From Candidatus Saccharimonadota bacterium (lineage in GTDB: Bacteria; Pseudomonadota; Gammaproteobacteria; Enterobacterales; Enterobacteriaceae), in contig NZ_LT667503.1 in assembly GCF_900128735.1 (NCBI RefSeq), positions 90,001 through 122,000 of the forward strand: DNA of 32,000 nucleotides, read 5' to 3'. Below are positions 18,901 through 28,475 of this stretch, in pieces (positions within the stretch are counted from its first letter, which is position 1; every line of letters starts with the position of its first letter). Below the pieces are notes generated by a model that was given only the letters and a program-made list of their open reading frames with translations, searched no databases and was not told where the DNA came from. The position numbers and the translations under genes were made by a program.

Positions 18901-19221
18901 GATATTTTTTTGATTTAGTTTTAATGTACAATTTAATGCTGTCTGCCCACCCATAGTAGGTAATAATGCATTTGGTTTTTCTTTTTTTATAATTTCAGTG
19001 ATTATTTTATAATTTAGTGGTTCAATATATGTAATATCCGCTATCTTAGGATCAGTCATGATGGTTGCGGGATTTGAATTAACTAAAATTATTTTATAAC
19101 CTTCTTCTCGTAATGCTTTACATGCTTGAGCACCTGAATAATCAAATTCGCATGCTTGTCCAATAATAATTGGCCCTGATCCTAGTATTAATATTTTTTT
19201 TATATCTTTTCTTTTTGGCAT
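15979..19221 (-). CDS. carB: Carbamoyl-phosphate synthase large subunit
   Basis: 1080 aa, collinear with E. coli CarB (1073 aa) from [42 protein letters not shown] to the C-terminal allosteric domain. A GGAG SD lies 5 nt before the ATG, inside the 3' end of carA. Confidence 0.98.
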   Translation of the reverse strand: MPKRKDIKKILILGSGPIIIGQACEFDYSGAQACKALREEGYKIILVNSNPATIMTDPKIADITYIEPLNYKIITEIIKKEKPNALLPTMGGQTALNCTLKLNQKNILKKYNVELIGATIQAIQKAEDRNLFEKSMKKIGLKTARCKIIHNIQEANNAIEKIGFPCIIRPSFTMGGSGGGIAYNYKEFREICLKGLESSPTSELLIDESLIGWKEYEMEVIRDQADNCIIVCSIENIDPMGIHTGDSITVAPAQTLSDKEFQKMRNASIKVLREIGVETGGSNVQFAVNPKNGKMVVIEMNPRVSRSSALASKATGFPIAFIAAKLAIGYTLDELKNNITGTQTPAAFEPTLDYIVIKIPRFNFEKFHGCNDRLTTQMKSVGEVMGIGRTFQESLQKSMRSLEINSSGFDIILRYPELKKNLLTYGKKIRYELKEAGPERLWFIGEAFRLKQTIHEINKLTHIDPWFLFQIKELIELEEKTKKLTLYSLDYYQLKKLKSKGFSDLRIAQLLSQKEKNVYSYRKKIKLFPVYKRIDTCAAEFSTETAYMYSTWEDECESLPTKNTNKIIILGSGPNRIGQGIEFDYCCVHAAQALQKDNYETIMINCNPETVSTDYDISDRLYFEPITLENILDIIRIEKPKGVVIQYGGQTPLKLAKSFQKYGINIIGTQPKDIDLAENRKKFQKIVFQLMLKQPKNDTANNIKDALEKANNILYPIIVRPSYVLGGREMEIIHNNQELKKYFLNRTSLSNNYEILLDQYLEKAIEIDVDAICDGKNVLIGGIMEHIEQAGIHSGDSACTLPTYTVSDYIKNKIRKQTKEIALKLSIIGLMNIQFAIKENKIYVLEVNPRAARTVPFVSKAIGLPLAKIAMRVMCGLSLKKQGYTQEIKPKYYSVKEVVLPFNKFPGVTPILGPEMRSTGEVMGIGKNFSSAFYKAILSTSIKIKKFGRVLLSLQDKDKEFAKVIAIKLIKLGFKIDSTYGTNKILKKSGILTKLINTLYPEKSDIQNLIKNKKYVYIINTSINKKNFQKAKEICKNALIYKIHYDTTLNGTFATLMSLKYLDTYPILSLQDMHQSIPII

Positions 19222-20378
19222 ATTTTCTCCTGTTTATACATATTGTAAATAAAATTATTAAATAATATTTCGATGTCGTTAGTACCCGGACCAGCTTCTG
19301 GATGACCTTGAAAACTAAATGAATTTTTTTGATGTAATGAAATTCCTTGTATTGTTTTATCAAATAGAGAAATATGGGTGACGATCATGCTTTTATTAAT
19401 TGTACGAGGATTTATTACAAAATTATGGTTTTGTGAAGTGATAAAAACATTTTTTGTAATGATATCTTGGACTGGATGATTAGATCCATGATGACCAAAT
19501 TTCATTTTTTTAATTTTAGCACCAGCTGCTAATGCTAAGATCTGGTGCCCTAGACATATTCCAAAGATTGGAATATTTAATTGGAGTAGAGTTTTTACAC
19601 TTTTTATTGTCTCTTTACATAATCTTGGATCGCCAGGACCATTTGATAATAGTATACCAGATGGTTTTAATTGAATGATTTTCTTTGCGTGAGTATGAAA
19701 TGGAACTAGAGTAATGTAACATCCTTTTTTATCAAGTATTTGGAGTATACTGTTTTTGATGCCTAAATCATATACAACCACATGTAATTTTTTATTTTCT
19801 TTTCTTAATTTTATAAATTTTTTGATGTTATTTTTTTCATGATTAAGAGGATTGATACTAGAAGTAGTCCATGGATATATTTTCTTTTTACTTACGTCAG
19901 CGGTTAATTTTTTTTGTTTTTTATTTTTATAATGATTAATTTTTTTTATTGCGCTTGGAATATTTATATATTTTTGAGTTTGTATACATCCATATTGTGT
20001 GCCATGATTTCGTATTATTCTTGTTAATTTTCTAGTGTCAATATTGGAAATTGCAATAATATTTTTCTCTTTAAGATAGTGAGATAAAGTATTTATACTA
20101 CGATAACTACTACTAATATTTGAAATATTTTTAACAATAATACCTTTAGCATAAATATTTATAGATTCTTCGTCATCCTTATTAACACCTACATTACCAA
20201 TATGCGGATATGTAAAGGTAATTAATTGTTTTGCATAAGATGGATCAGTTAAAATTTCTTGGTAACCTGTCATTGCAGTATTAAAGATTATTTCACCTAC
20301 TGTGTATCCATTAGATCCGGAACTTTTACCATAAAAAATAGTACCATCTTGTAATACTAAAATCGCTTTTTCTTTCAC
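19200..20378 (-). CDS. carA: Carbamoyl-phosphate synthase small (glutaminase) subunit, GTG start
   Basis: 392 aa. (M)[18 protein letters not shown]...[22 protein letters not shown]...[10 protein letters not shown]...[11 protein letters not shown]...[12 protein letters not shown] matches E. coli CarA, including the Cys-His glutaminase motifs. GTG 20378 has GGAGA upstream. The 3' end overlaps carB by 22 nt. Confidence 0.95.
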   Translation of the reverse strand: MKEKAILVLQDGTIFYGKSSGSNGYTVGEIIFNTAMTGYQEILTDPSYAKQLITFTYPHIGNVGVNKDDEESINIYAKGIIVKNISNISSSYRSINTLSHYLKEKNIIAISNIDTRKLTRIIRNHGTQYGCIQTQKYINIPSAIKKINHYKNKKQKKLTADVSKKKIYPWTTSSINPLNHEKNNIKKFIKLRKENKKLHVVVYDLGIKNSILQILDKKGCYITLVPFHTHAKKIIQLKPSGILLSNGPGDPRLCKETIKSVKTLLQLNIPIFGICLGHQILALAAGAKIKKMKFGHHGSNHPVQDIITKNVFITSQNHNFVINPRTINKSMIVTHISLFDKTIQGISLHQKNSFSFQGHPEAGPGTNDIEILFNNFIYNMYKQEKICQKEKI

Positions 20379-20419
20379 AAAATTTCTCCAAAAAAATCAT
20401 GATTTTTGATTTAAATATT

Positions 20420-21250
20420 TTATATAGAAGAGCAACTTTTAAATATGTCTGACATGTTAAACAAACCTTTTTCTTTATTTTGAATCCAAATAGCAGCTTG
20501 TATAGCACCTTTTGCAAAAGTTGATCGGTTAGTTGCTTTATGAGAAATTTCAATGCGTTCGCCAATATCAGCAAATAATACTTTATGTTCACCAATAATA
20601 TCTCCACCACGAATAGTGGAAAAACCAATTTTATTTTTTTCACGAACTCCTAAACGTCCATTTCTTTGAAAAATAGTATGTTCATTAAATTTCCAATTCA
20701 TAGTTTTAGAAATTTTTCTTCCTATTTGTAATGCGGTTCCAGAAGGAGAATCTATTTTATCTCTGTGATGAGCTTCAATAATCTCAATATCTGTATATTG
20801 ACCAATAATAGAAGCGATATATTGGGTAACATTACATAATAAGTTGATACCAATACTAAAATTTGGTGCAAAAAATATAGCAATATCTTTTGAAGCATTT
20901 TTTATTATTTCTATTTGTGTATCATTAAAACCAGTAGTACCTATAATAATATTTATTTTATTTTTTATGCAGTATTTTAAATTATTTAACGTATTATCAG
21001 GGGTAGTAAAATCTATTAATATTTCATGTGATTTATTTTTCTTTATATTTAATTGGTTAATATTTGTATAAAAATTTAATTTAGAAAATTTTTGTTGTGA
21101 TGTGATTTTTTCTTTTTGTTTTTGGGATTTTTCGTTAATAATAGCAGCCGTTAAAGAGATTTCTTTGTTTTGTTTTATTTCTTGAATTAACATTTTACCC
21201 ATACGGCCGAGTGCACCGGATATTATTATTTTGGTTTTTTTTTTTTTCAT
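20420..21250 (-). CDS. dapB: 4-hydroxy-tetrahydrodipicolinate reductase
   Basis: MKKKKTKIIISGALGRMG aligns residue for residue with E. coli DapB MHDANIRVAIAGAGGRMG. Conserved blocks include IGTTGF, YTDIEIIEAHHRDKIDSPSGTAL, TIRGGDIIGEHKVLFADIGERIEISHKA and GLFNMSD. The ORF-track start at 21262 is a GTG four codons upstream and is less likely. Confidence 0.92.
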   Translation of the reverse strand: MKKKKTKIIISGALGRMGKMLIQEIKQNKEISLTAAIINEKSQKQKEKITSQQKFSKLNFYTNINQLNIKKNKSHEILIDFTTPDNTLNNLKYCIKNKINIIIGTTGFNDTQIEIIKNASKDIAIFFAPNFSIGINLLCNVTQYIASIIGQYTDIEIIEAHHRDKIDSPSGTALQIGRKISKTMNWKFNEHTIFQRNGRLGVREKNKIGFSTIRGGDIIGEHKVLFADIGERIEISHKATNRSTFAKGAIQAAIWIQNKEKGLFNMSDIFKSCSSI

Positions 21251-21520
21251 TTTTAGATTCACGTATTTTTAAGTTTGTTAATTTATTATATCAATATAGA
21301 CTTTTTTAGAAAAAAGATATAATTTAGTAATGTTATTTTTTTTAGAAAAAAATATTTGGATTATGAATTATACATTTTTGATCGTATTAATAAGTTTAAT
21401 ATTCAATATCAAAAATATATTAATGTGATATAAAAAAGAATGTATGTGATATATAAAAATAAGATCTCGTTATCTATATATAGATAATTATTCATTAGTA
21501 TATATTTTATAAAAAATTTT

Positions 21521-24364
21521 TTATACAAACAAACGATTTTCTTCTTTTCCGTCAATATTATTCAAGCATCTTTTGCATATATATTCAAGATCATTAGAGC
21601 TCCAATGATTTTCTATATAATGCCAACACCTTTGACATTTTATACCTTGAATTTTATTAATTAACACCTTAATTGGAATTGGACATTCACTTTTTTTTGC
21701 TAATTGAGGCGCTAACCTGTAATTACTTAGTTTTACTTGTGATACTGCAAATATGAATTTTAATTCTAAACAAATAGGTGATAATATCTTTAATAATTGA
21801 TTTTTTACATATAAAGTTATTGCTATTTCTAATGAATTTTTTATTTTTTTTCTTTTTTTTTCTTTTTCAATTATTTTATTTACTTCATAGCGTATTAAAA
21901 ATATTTTCTTCCAAAAAAAATTTGTAAATTTTTTATCTGAAGAGATGTATTTAATTTTTTTAAACCATTTTGAAAAAAAAATAAATTTTTCTGAATTATT
22001 TGTTAATTGTTTCCAAATTTCTTCTGCAGTAAAAGATAATATCGGAGCGATCCAACGAACTAGTGATTGTAATATATAATATATTGTGGTTTGACTGCTT
22101 CTTCGTGCAATACTATTTTTATTCATGGTATATTGACGATCTTTAATAATATCTAAATATCGTGATCCTAATTCTATGGAACAAAAATAAATAATTTTTT
22201 GAACAGCGTCATGAAAATTATATGCATCATAATCTTGAATAATTAATTTTTGTGTTTGGTATGTTTTTTTTAATATCCATTGATCGATAAACAACATTTT
22301 TTTATAATGAACTTGATTTTTAGATAAATGAAAATCAAAAATATTAGAAAATAAAAATCTGATGGTATTTCTTATTCTACGATAATGATCGGAAATTTGT
22401 TTGAACACTGTATTAGAAATAGAAATTTCAGTAGCATAATTTGTATAAGCTACCCATAAACGTAAAATATCTGCTCCCCATATTTTGATAATATCTTGAG
22501 GTGTAATATTATTATTTAATGATTTCGACATTTTTTTTCCTTCTTTATCTACTACAAAACCATGTGTGATCACAGTGTGATACGGCACTTGTTTTTTTGT
22601 AATCATTGAAATAATTAAAGAAGACATAAACCAGCCGCGGTGTTGATCCGATCCTTCTAAATATAAATCTGCTACATTATTTTTTTTATTTGGTACGTTA
22701 TATTTATATATATTTAACTGATGATTAGATCCTGATTCAAACCATACATCCAGAGTATCTGTAACTTTTTTATATAGATGCACATCTTCTTTTTTTAAAA
22801 TATCTTTTTTATTTAGCTTCCACCATATAGAACTACCAAATTTTTTTACTTTTTTAATAATTTTTTGAAGTATTAAATATGTATTAGGATGTAGATTTCC
22901 TGTTTTTTTATGAATAAAAAAAGGGATGGGAACTCCCCAGGTTCGCTGTCTTGAAATACACCAGTCTGGTCTATTTTTTAACATAGTTTTCATTTTTTCT
23001 TTGCCCCATATTGGGAGCCATGATGTATTTTCAATTTTTTTTGATAATTTTTTTAACCAGTTTTTTTCGGATGTTTTTATAAACCATTGAGGTGCAGCTC
23101 TAAAGATTATTGGTTTTTTGTGACGCCAACAATAAGGATATGAATGTTTAATATTTTCTTTGTATAATAAGTTATTATTTTTTTTCAATAAATGTATTAC
23201 AATATTCTCTTTATTAAAGATATGTTTTTTGTGTAAAGCAGGATAGTTAATTAATTTATAATATCCTTTTGAATCTACAATATTGATGGGATGAATATTA
23301 TGTTTTTTACAATCAATAAAATCTTCTAATCCATGGTCTGGAGACATATGTACAATACCAGTACCTAGAGTTTCTGTAATATTATCAGATGTAATAATAG
23401 GTATTTCAATATTAAAAAAAGGATGTAATGTGATTAAATTTTTTAATTTTTTTCCAGAAAAAATAGAGATGATTGTCCATTTTTCTATTTTATTTTTTTT
23501 CATTACAGCTTTTGTTAATTTAACGTTACAAATATAATATTTTTTTTTAGTTTGAATTAATTGATAATTAAAATTAATATTTATAGCGATAGCTTGAGAA
23601 GAAGGTAATGTCCATGGAGTAGTAGTGAAAATTATTATTGAAATTTTATTATTGTTCTTAAAAATCAATTTATTTGGAAGAATATTAATTTTTTGTAAAA
23701 ATTTTTTCGGATTAAGCATTGTGTACGTTACGTATATAGCGGGAGTTTTTTTGAAATTATAATCTATTTCTGCTTCTGCTAAGGCAGAGCGACATTCTAA
23801 ACACCAGTAGATTGGTTTATCGTCTTTAAATATATATCCTTTTTGAAAAATATTTGCTAAAGTTTTGAGAGTATTTGCTTCGTTAATATAATCCATAGTA
23901 CAGGAAGAGTTATTCCAATCAGCTAATATTCCTAATCTTATAAAATCTTTTTTTTGTTGTTTTATTTGTTTTTTTGTATAATTAAAGCATATTTTATAAA
24001 AATACTCTTTATTTGTTTTTTTTGAGTGTACTATTTTTTTTTCTATTTTTTGTTCTATAGGTAAGCCGTGACAGTCCCAACATGGTATAAATGGAGCATA
24101 AAACCCTGACATGCGCTTTGATTTTAGTATAATATCTTTTAAAATTTTATTAACAGCGTGTCCAATATGTATTTTTCCGTTTGCATAAGGTGGTCCGTCA
24201 TGTAAAAAAAAATATTTTTTTATTTTTTTAGAGGGGGTATTGATTTCTTTATATAAATTTGTTTTTTTCCAATATTTTAGAGTTTCCGGTTCTTTTTTTA
24301 TCAGATTTGCTTTCATAGAAAAAGTTGTTGTAGGTAAATTTAAAAACATTTTTTTTTTATTCAT
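21521..24364 (-). CDS. ileS: Isoleucyl-tRNA synthetase
   Basis: 947 aa (E. coli 938 aa). It carries HIGH (PPYANGKIHIGHAVNK), the CP1 editing motifs (TTTPWTLP, GTGIVHMSPDHGLEDF), KMSKS (KKMSKSLNN), and the C-terminal Zn motif CQRCWHY...CKRC. Confidence 0.98.
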   Translation of the reverse strand: MNKKKMFLNLPTTTFSMKANLIKKEPETLKYWKKTNLYKEINTPSKKIKKYFFLHDGPPYANGKIHIGHAVNKILKDIILKSKRMSGFYAPFIPCWDCHGLPIEQKIEKKIVHSKKTNKEYFYKICFNYTKKQIKQQKKDFIRLGILADWNNSSCTMDYINEANTLKTLANIFQKGYIFKDDKPIYWCLECRSALAEAEIDYNFKKTPAIYVTYTMLNPKKFLQKINILPNKLIFKNNNKISIIIFTTTPWTLPSSQAIAININFNYQLIQTKKKYYICNVKLTKAVMKKNKIEKWTIISIFSGKKLKNLITLHPFFNIEIPIITSDNITETLGTGIVHMSPDHGLEDFIDCKKHNIHPINIVDSKGYYKLINYPALHKKHIFNKENIVIHLLKKNNNLLYKENIKHSYPYCWRHKKPIIFRAAPQWFIKTSEKNWLKKLSKKIENTSWLPIWGKEKMKTMLKNRPDWCISRQRTWGVPIPFFIHKKTGNLHPNTYLILQKIIKKVKKFGSSIWWKLNKKDILKKEDVHLYKKVTDTLDVWFESGSNHQLNIYKYNVPNKKNNVADLYLEGSDQHRGWFMSSLIISMITKKQVPYHTVITHGFVVDKEGKKMSKSLNNNITPQDIIKIWGADILRLWVAYTNYATEISISNTVFKQISDHYRRIRNTIRFLFSNIFDFHLSKNQVHYKKMLFIDQWILKKTYQTQKLIIQDYDAYNFHDAVQKIIYFCSIELGSRYLDIIKDRQYTMNKNSIARRSSQTTIYYILQSLVRWIAPILSFTAEEIWKQLTNNSEKFIFFSKWFKKIKYISSDKKFTNFFWKKIFLIRYEVNKIIEKEKKRKKIKNSLEIAITLYVKNQLLKILSPICLELKFIFAVSQVKLSNYRLAPQLAKKSECPIPIKVLINKIQGIKCQRCWHYIENHWSSNDLEYICKRCLNNIDGKEENRLFV

Positions 24365-24840
24365 AATATATCCATTTTAAATTATTTTTATTAATGATGT
24401 TAAATAAAAAAGATTTAATTGATAAATCCATTTTTTATTATTTCTTTAAATATTTAAGTCATATTTCATTATCTTTTTAGGTTTCCATAGATAACTGAAA
24501 TTAATCACTTAATAGAATTAAAAATTATACAAAATTTTTTCTTGTATTTTATTTATTAAAATAATCTATTTTTTAAATGTAATATATATATTTTAAATAC
24601 ATAAGAATAATAAATTATATATTTTTTATTTAAATAGTTTATTTTTTTTTCAAAAAGAATCTCAGTAATATATATTGTACACAAATTTTGTACATGTTAA
24701 TATTATATATTAGTTTTAATTAGTGTTTTTTTTTAAAAAAATATGACTTTTATTTACCAATGTATATTTAAATAATTTATAGTTGATATTAAATTTTAAT
24801 ACTGGATATTCAATATTTTTTTTAAGGGAGTATTAATAAT

Positions 24841-25104
24841 TTGGCTAATTTAAAAGCGTCTAAAAAAGATGCTATTTCTTCTGAAAGACGAAGAAAGTAT
24901 AATGTTAGTTATCGTTCTATGACGAAAACATTCATAAAAAAAGTTTATTTTTTTATTAAGGAAGGGAATAAAAAAAAAGCGTTAAAAGCTTTTTCTTTAA
25001 TGCAACCTGTATTAGATAGAAATGTTTCAAAAGGAATTATACATATTAATAAAGCGTCTAGATATAAATCAAAATTAATGCGTTGTATTAAAAAACTTTC
25101 ATAA
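24841..25104 (+). CDS. rpsT: 30S ribosomal protein S20, TTG start
   Basis: (M)ANLKASKKDAISSERRRKYNVSYRSMTKTFIKKVY aligns with E. coli S20 [36 protein letters not shown], and both are 87 aa. TTG 24841 is preceded by AAGGGAG (24825-24831). E. coli rpsT also starts with UUG. Confidence 0.93.
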   Translation: MANLKASKKDAISSERRRKYNVSYRSMTKTFIKKVYFFIKEGNKKKALKAFSLMQPVLDRNVSKGIIHINKASRYKSKLMRCIKKLS

Positions 25105-25150
25105 AATATCATTTTTTTTTAAAAAAATCAATAAAGTTCGGGAGAAATAA

Positions 25151-25186
25151 GTATTGCTTCTATGGCATAATGGTAGAAAGCAATAC
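25151..25186. terminator. Shared, probably bidirectional, terminator hairpin between convergent rpsT and dnaJ
   Basis: gtattgcttcta (25151-25162) pairs with tagaaagcaatac (25174-25186), giving 12 bp with one bulged A. T-rich sequence follows on both strands: ccttttctctc on + and ttatttctcc on -. It lies 47 nt after the rpsT stop and 20 nt after the dnaJ stop. Confidence 0.6.
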
Positions 25187-25205
25187 CCTTTTCTCTCTAT
25201 GATTT

Positions 25206-26351
25206 TTATGCAGTTAAATTATCAAAAAATCTTTTGACACTATCAAAAAAATGTTTTGAACGAGGACTATTGTTCTTGCCTTGATGATCTGTTTTTAAAC
25301 TTTTTCCTAGTTTTTTTAAAAGATTTTTTTGAGAATCATTTAAATTCACAGGCGTTTCTACTATAATTTTACAAAATAGATCACCTGGATAGGCTTTTCG
25401 GACTGATGTGACACCTTTTCCTCGAATTCTAAATAATTTTCCAGATTGTGTTTCAGGAGGTATCTTAAAATTAATCCTTCCGGTAAGAGTTGGAATTTCA
25501 ATTTCTCCGCCTAAAGCAGCTATAACAAAATTTATTGGAACTTCGCAAGATAAATTATTTTCTTTGCGATCAAAGATAGGATGTTTTTTGACAGTAATTT
25601 GTATATATAAATCTCCAGAATTTGCACCGTATTGTCCGGCTTCGCCTTCTTTATTTAATCGAATACGATCATTATTATCAATACCTGCTGGAATTTTTAT
25701 AGATAATGTTTTTGATTTCTTTATTCTTCCTTGACCACGACAAATTTTACATGGATTTTGAATTATTGTTCCTGTTCCATGACAAGTAGGACATGTTTGT
25801 TGGACACTAAAAAATCCTTTTTGCATTTGAATTTGACCTTGTCCATTACAACTATGACAAGAGTTTTTCGTATTTTTATTATGAGATCCGGTTCCATAAC
25901 AAGAACTACATTTTTCTAATCTAGGTATTAGTATATCTTTTGTAATGCCATGTACCGCTTCTTCTAAAGTTAATGTAAGATTATATTGTAAATCAGAACC
26001 TTTTTCTTGATTTTTTCTTTGGTTATGACCACCAAATATATCTCCAAAAACATCGCCAAAAATATCATTAAAATCAGATGTTGAAGATGTAAAAGTTCCA
26101 TTAAACCCATTATTTGTATTATTTTGTTCAAAAGCGGCGTGTCCATATTGATCATAAGCTGATCTTTTTTTAGTATTACTCAGTATTTCATATGCTTCTT
26201 TAACTTCTTTAAATTTTTTTTCTGTATCTTTTTTTCCTTGATTACGATCTGGATGATATTTCATTGCTAATTTTTTATATGCTCGTTTTATTTCATATGC
26301 TGTCGCGGTATTATTTAAACCTAATGTTTGGTAATAATCTTTTTGTGCCAT
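25206..26351 (-). CDS. dnaJ: Chaperone DnaJ (Hsp40)
   Basis: 381 aa. It has the J-domain with HPD ([12 protein letters not shown]), a G/F region, and four CxxCxGxG zinc-finger repeats ([32 protein letters not shown]). Confidence 0.98.
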   Translation of the reverse strand: MAQKDYYQTLGLNNTATAYEIKRAYKKLAMKYHPDRNQGKKDTEKKFKEVKEAYEILSNTKKRSAYDQYGHAAFEQNNTNNGFNGTFTSSTSDFNDIFGDVFGDIFGGHNQRKNQEKGSDLQYNLTLTLEEAVHGITKDILIPRLEKCSSCYGTGSHNKNTKNSCHSCNGQGQIQMQKGFFSVQQTCPTCHGTGTIIQNPCKICRGQGRIKKSKTLSIKIPAGIDNNDRIRLNKEGEAGQYGANSGDLYIQITVKKHPIFDRKENNLSCEVPINFVIAALGGEIEIPTLTGRINFKIPPETQSGKLFRIRGKGVTSVRKAYPGDLFCKIIVETPVNLNDSQKNLLKKLGKSLKTDHQGKNNSPRSKHFFDSVKRFFDNLTA

Positions 26352-26388
26352 GATTTTTTTTATTATTCTTAGTATTAAAAAGTGTATA

Positions 26389-26416
26389 AACGGATGAAAA
26401 TATCTTCACATCCGTT
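26389..26416 (-). other. Intercistronic stem-loop between dnaK and dnaJ
   Basis: aacggatg (26389-26396) is the exact reverse complement of catccgtt (26409-26416), with a 12-nt loop. The stem has four G:C pairs in an otherwise AT-rich 124-nt spacer. On the minus strand no immediate U-run follows, so it looks more like a processing, stability or attenuation element than a full terminator. Confidence 0.45.
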
Positions 26417-26475
26417 ATATAATAATAGATATTATAATTGCATATTAATCAATAGAATTTTTTTTATAAATAAAA

Positions 26476-28389
26476 TTATTTTTTTGTTTTTTCTTTAACT
26501 TCTTCAAATTCTGCGTCTACAATATTTTCAGAATTTTTATCATGTGGATCATTTTTTTGGTTTTTTTTGTTTTCTTCATTTTGTTGTATTTTGGTGATAC
26601 TTTCATTTAACTTAATAATGTTTTCGATTTTTTCTTTAATAATTTCTTGATTTTCTTCTTTTAAAGAATGCTCTAATTCTTGTATTGATATTTTAATTTC
26701 TTTTTGTTGATTTTCTGAAATTTTGTTTTTATAAGTTTCTAGTTGTTTTTTAATTGTATGTATTACTTGATCTCCTTGATTGCGAAGTTTTGCTAATTCT
26801 TCAAATTTCAAATCTTTTTCAGCGTTTTCTTCGGCTTCAGAAATCATTTTTTTTATTTCAGATTCATTTAATCCAGATGATGCTTGTATTGTAATTTTTT
26901 GTTCTTTTCCGGTGGTTTTATCTTTTGCAGATACATGCAAAATTCCATCAGCATCAATATCAAAAGTGACTTCAATTTGTGGTATTCCTCGGGGAGCTCC
27001 TTGAATGCCATCTAAATTAAACTGTCCTAAAGATTTATTATCTACTGATCTTTTTCTCTCTCCTTGAAGTACATGAATTGTAACAGCGGATTGATTGTCT
27101 TCTGCTGTAGAAAAAACTTGGCTATGTTTTGTAGGAATGGTAGTATTTTTTTCTATTAAAGGTGTCATAATTCCACCCATAGTTTCTATACCTAAAGATA
27201 AGGGAGTGACATCTAATAATAGCACATCTTTTACATCCCCAGATAATACACCACCTTGTACTGCAGCTCCTACTGCAACAGCTTCATCTGGATTAACATC
27301 TTTTCTTGGTTCTTTTTTAAAAAAATCTGCAACTTTTTTTTGTACTAAAGGCATTCTAGTTTGTCCGCCTACTAAAATTACGTCGTGAATCTTAGATATA
27401 TCTAATCCAGCATCTTTTAATGCAACTTGTACTGGTTGAATAGATTTAATAATTAAATCTTCTACTAATGATTCTAATTTTGATCTAGTTACTTTTATAT
27501 TTAAATGTTTTGGGCCAGTATCGTTTGCACTAATATAAGGTAAATTTACATCAGTTTGTTGAGCAGAAGAAAGTTCTATTTTTGATTTTTCTGCAGCTTC
27601 TTTTAATCTTTGCATTGCTAAAGGATCATTACGTAAATCTATCCCCTGTTCTTTTTTGAATTCTTGCACTAAAAAATTAATTAATCGGTTATCAAAATCT
27701 TCACCACCTAAGTGAGTATCTCCATTGGTTGCTAGTACTTCAAAGGTTTTTTCTTTATCAACGTCATCAATTTCGATAATTGAAATATCGAATGTTCCTC
27801 CGCCTAAATCATATACTGCAATTGTACGATTTCCTTTTCCTTTATCTAAGCCATATGCTAATGCAGCAGCTGTGGGTTCATTTATTATTCTTCTGACTTT
27901 TAGTCCCGCAATTCTACCAGCATCTTTGGTAGCTTGTCTTTGTGCGTCATTAAAGTAAGCCGGAACTGTAATCACAGCTTCTTTAACTTTTTGACCTAAA
28001 TAATCTTCAGCGGTTTTTTTCATTTTTTTTAAAATTTCAGCGGAAATCTGAGGTGGAGCAATTTTTTCGTTTTTTACTTTTAACCATGCGTCTCCATTTT
28101 TTGATTCAACAATTTCGTACGGCATAATTTTGAGATCACGTTGAATATCATTTTCTTTAAATTTTCTTCCAATTAATCTTTTGATGGCAAATAATGTATT
28201 TTTTGGGTTAGTTATTGCTTGTCTTTTTGCTGGTTGGCCAACTAAAATTTCATTATTTAATGTATAAGCAATAACAGAAGGAGTAGTACGTTCTCCTTCT
28301 GCATTTTCTAATACTCGAGCTTTATTTCCGTCCATAATTGCTATACATGAATTGGTGGTTCCTAAATCAATTCCAATAATTTTACTCAT
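26476..28389 (-). CDS. dnaK: Chaperone DnaK (Hsp70)
   Basis: 637 aa, near-identical in long stretches to E. coli DnaK ([59 protein letters not shown]). An AAGGAG SD lies upstream of the ATG. Confidence 0.99.
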   Translation of the reverse strand: MSKIIGIDLGTTNSCIAIMDGNKARVLENAEGERTTPSVIAYTLNNEILVGQPAKRQAITNPKNTLFAIKRLIGRKFKENDIQRDLKIMPYEIVESKNGDAWLKVKNEKIAPPQISAEILKKMKKTAEDYLGQKVKEAVITVPAYFNDAQRQATKDAGRIAGLKVRRIINEPTAAALAYGLDKGKGNRTIAVYDLGGGTFDISIIEIDDVDKEKTFEVLATNGDTHLGGEDFDNRLINFLVQEFKKEQGIDLRNDPLAMQRLKEAAEKSKIELSSAQQTDVNLPYISANDTGPKHLNIKVTRSKLESLVEDLIIKSIQPVQVALKDAGLDISKIHDVILVGGQTRMPLVQKKVADFFKKEPRKDVNPDEAVAVGAAVQGGVLSGDVKDVLLLDVTPLSLGIETMGGIMTPLIEKNTTIPTKHSQVFSTAEDNQSAVTIHVLQGERKRSVDNKSLGQFNLDGIQGAPRGIPQIEVTFDIDADGILHVSAKDKTTGKEQKITIQASSGLNESEIKKMISEAEENAEKDLKFEELAKLRNQGDQVIHTIKKQLETYKNKISENQQKEIKISIQELEHSLKEENQEIIKEKIENIIKLNESITKIQQNEENKKNQKNDPHDKNSENIVDAEFEEVKEKTKK

Positions 28390-28475
28390 TTTGTTTTATT
28401 CTCCTTATTAACTATATTTTTTAATACACTATACATTATATCTAATATAGAATTTTGTAACAAGATAATATTAAG

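Noticed and set aside
19142-20643. ORFs 19142..19363 (-) and 20326..20643 (-) overlapping the carA/carB and carA/dapB junctions
   Set aside because: They are out of frame with the well-supported carA, carB and dapB reading frames. They encode Lys/Ile/Leu-rich low-complexity sequence expected from AT-rich DNA.
3486-21262. ORF-track 5' extensions: rpmI 3486 (TTG), pheT 5250 (TTG), ihfA 7613, rsmA 14097 (GTG), apaH 15052 (TTG), dapB 21262 (GTG)
   Set aside because: The extensions overlap upstream genes or SD sequences and add residues with no counterpart in E. coli orthologues. Downstream ATGs give N-termini that align residue for residue.
22900-23700. Possible loss of IleRS editing, as a parallel to ThrRS and PheRS
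   Set aside because: The CP1 motifs are largely intact: TTTPWTLP, and GTGIVHMSPDHGLED with the conserved His and Asp. Only the residue aligned with E. coli Asn250 differs (PAN to PSS). That is too little to call on a from-memory alignment.
24783-24812. TTGATA (24783-24788) plus TATTCA about 18 nt downstream as an rpsT promoter
   Set aside because: The -10 match is poor (3 of 6) and such matches are abundant by chance here. It is not reportable as a feature without TSS data.
25408-26155. ORFs 25408..25734 (+), 25731..25919 (+) and 25970..26155 (-) overlapping dnaJ
   Set aside because: These are antisense or out-of-frame shadows of dnaJ. Their translations have no recognisable motifs, whereas the dnaJ frame carries the HPD motif and four CxxCxGxG motifs.
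26780-27958. Three plus-strand ORFs (26780..27004, 27095..27388, 27725..27958) antisense to dnaK
   Set aside because: They lie wholly inside the strongly conserved dnaK CDS. Their low-complexity Ser/Thr/Pro/Ala-rich translations are typical of the antisense frame of Gly/Ala/Thr-rich chaperone genes. They have no SD and no independent similarity.
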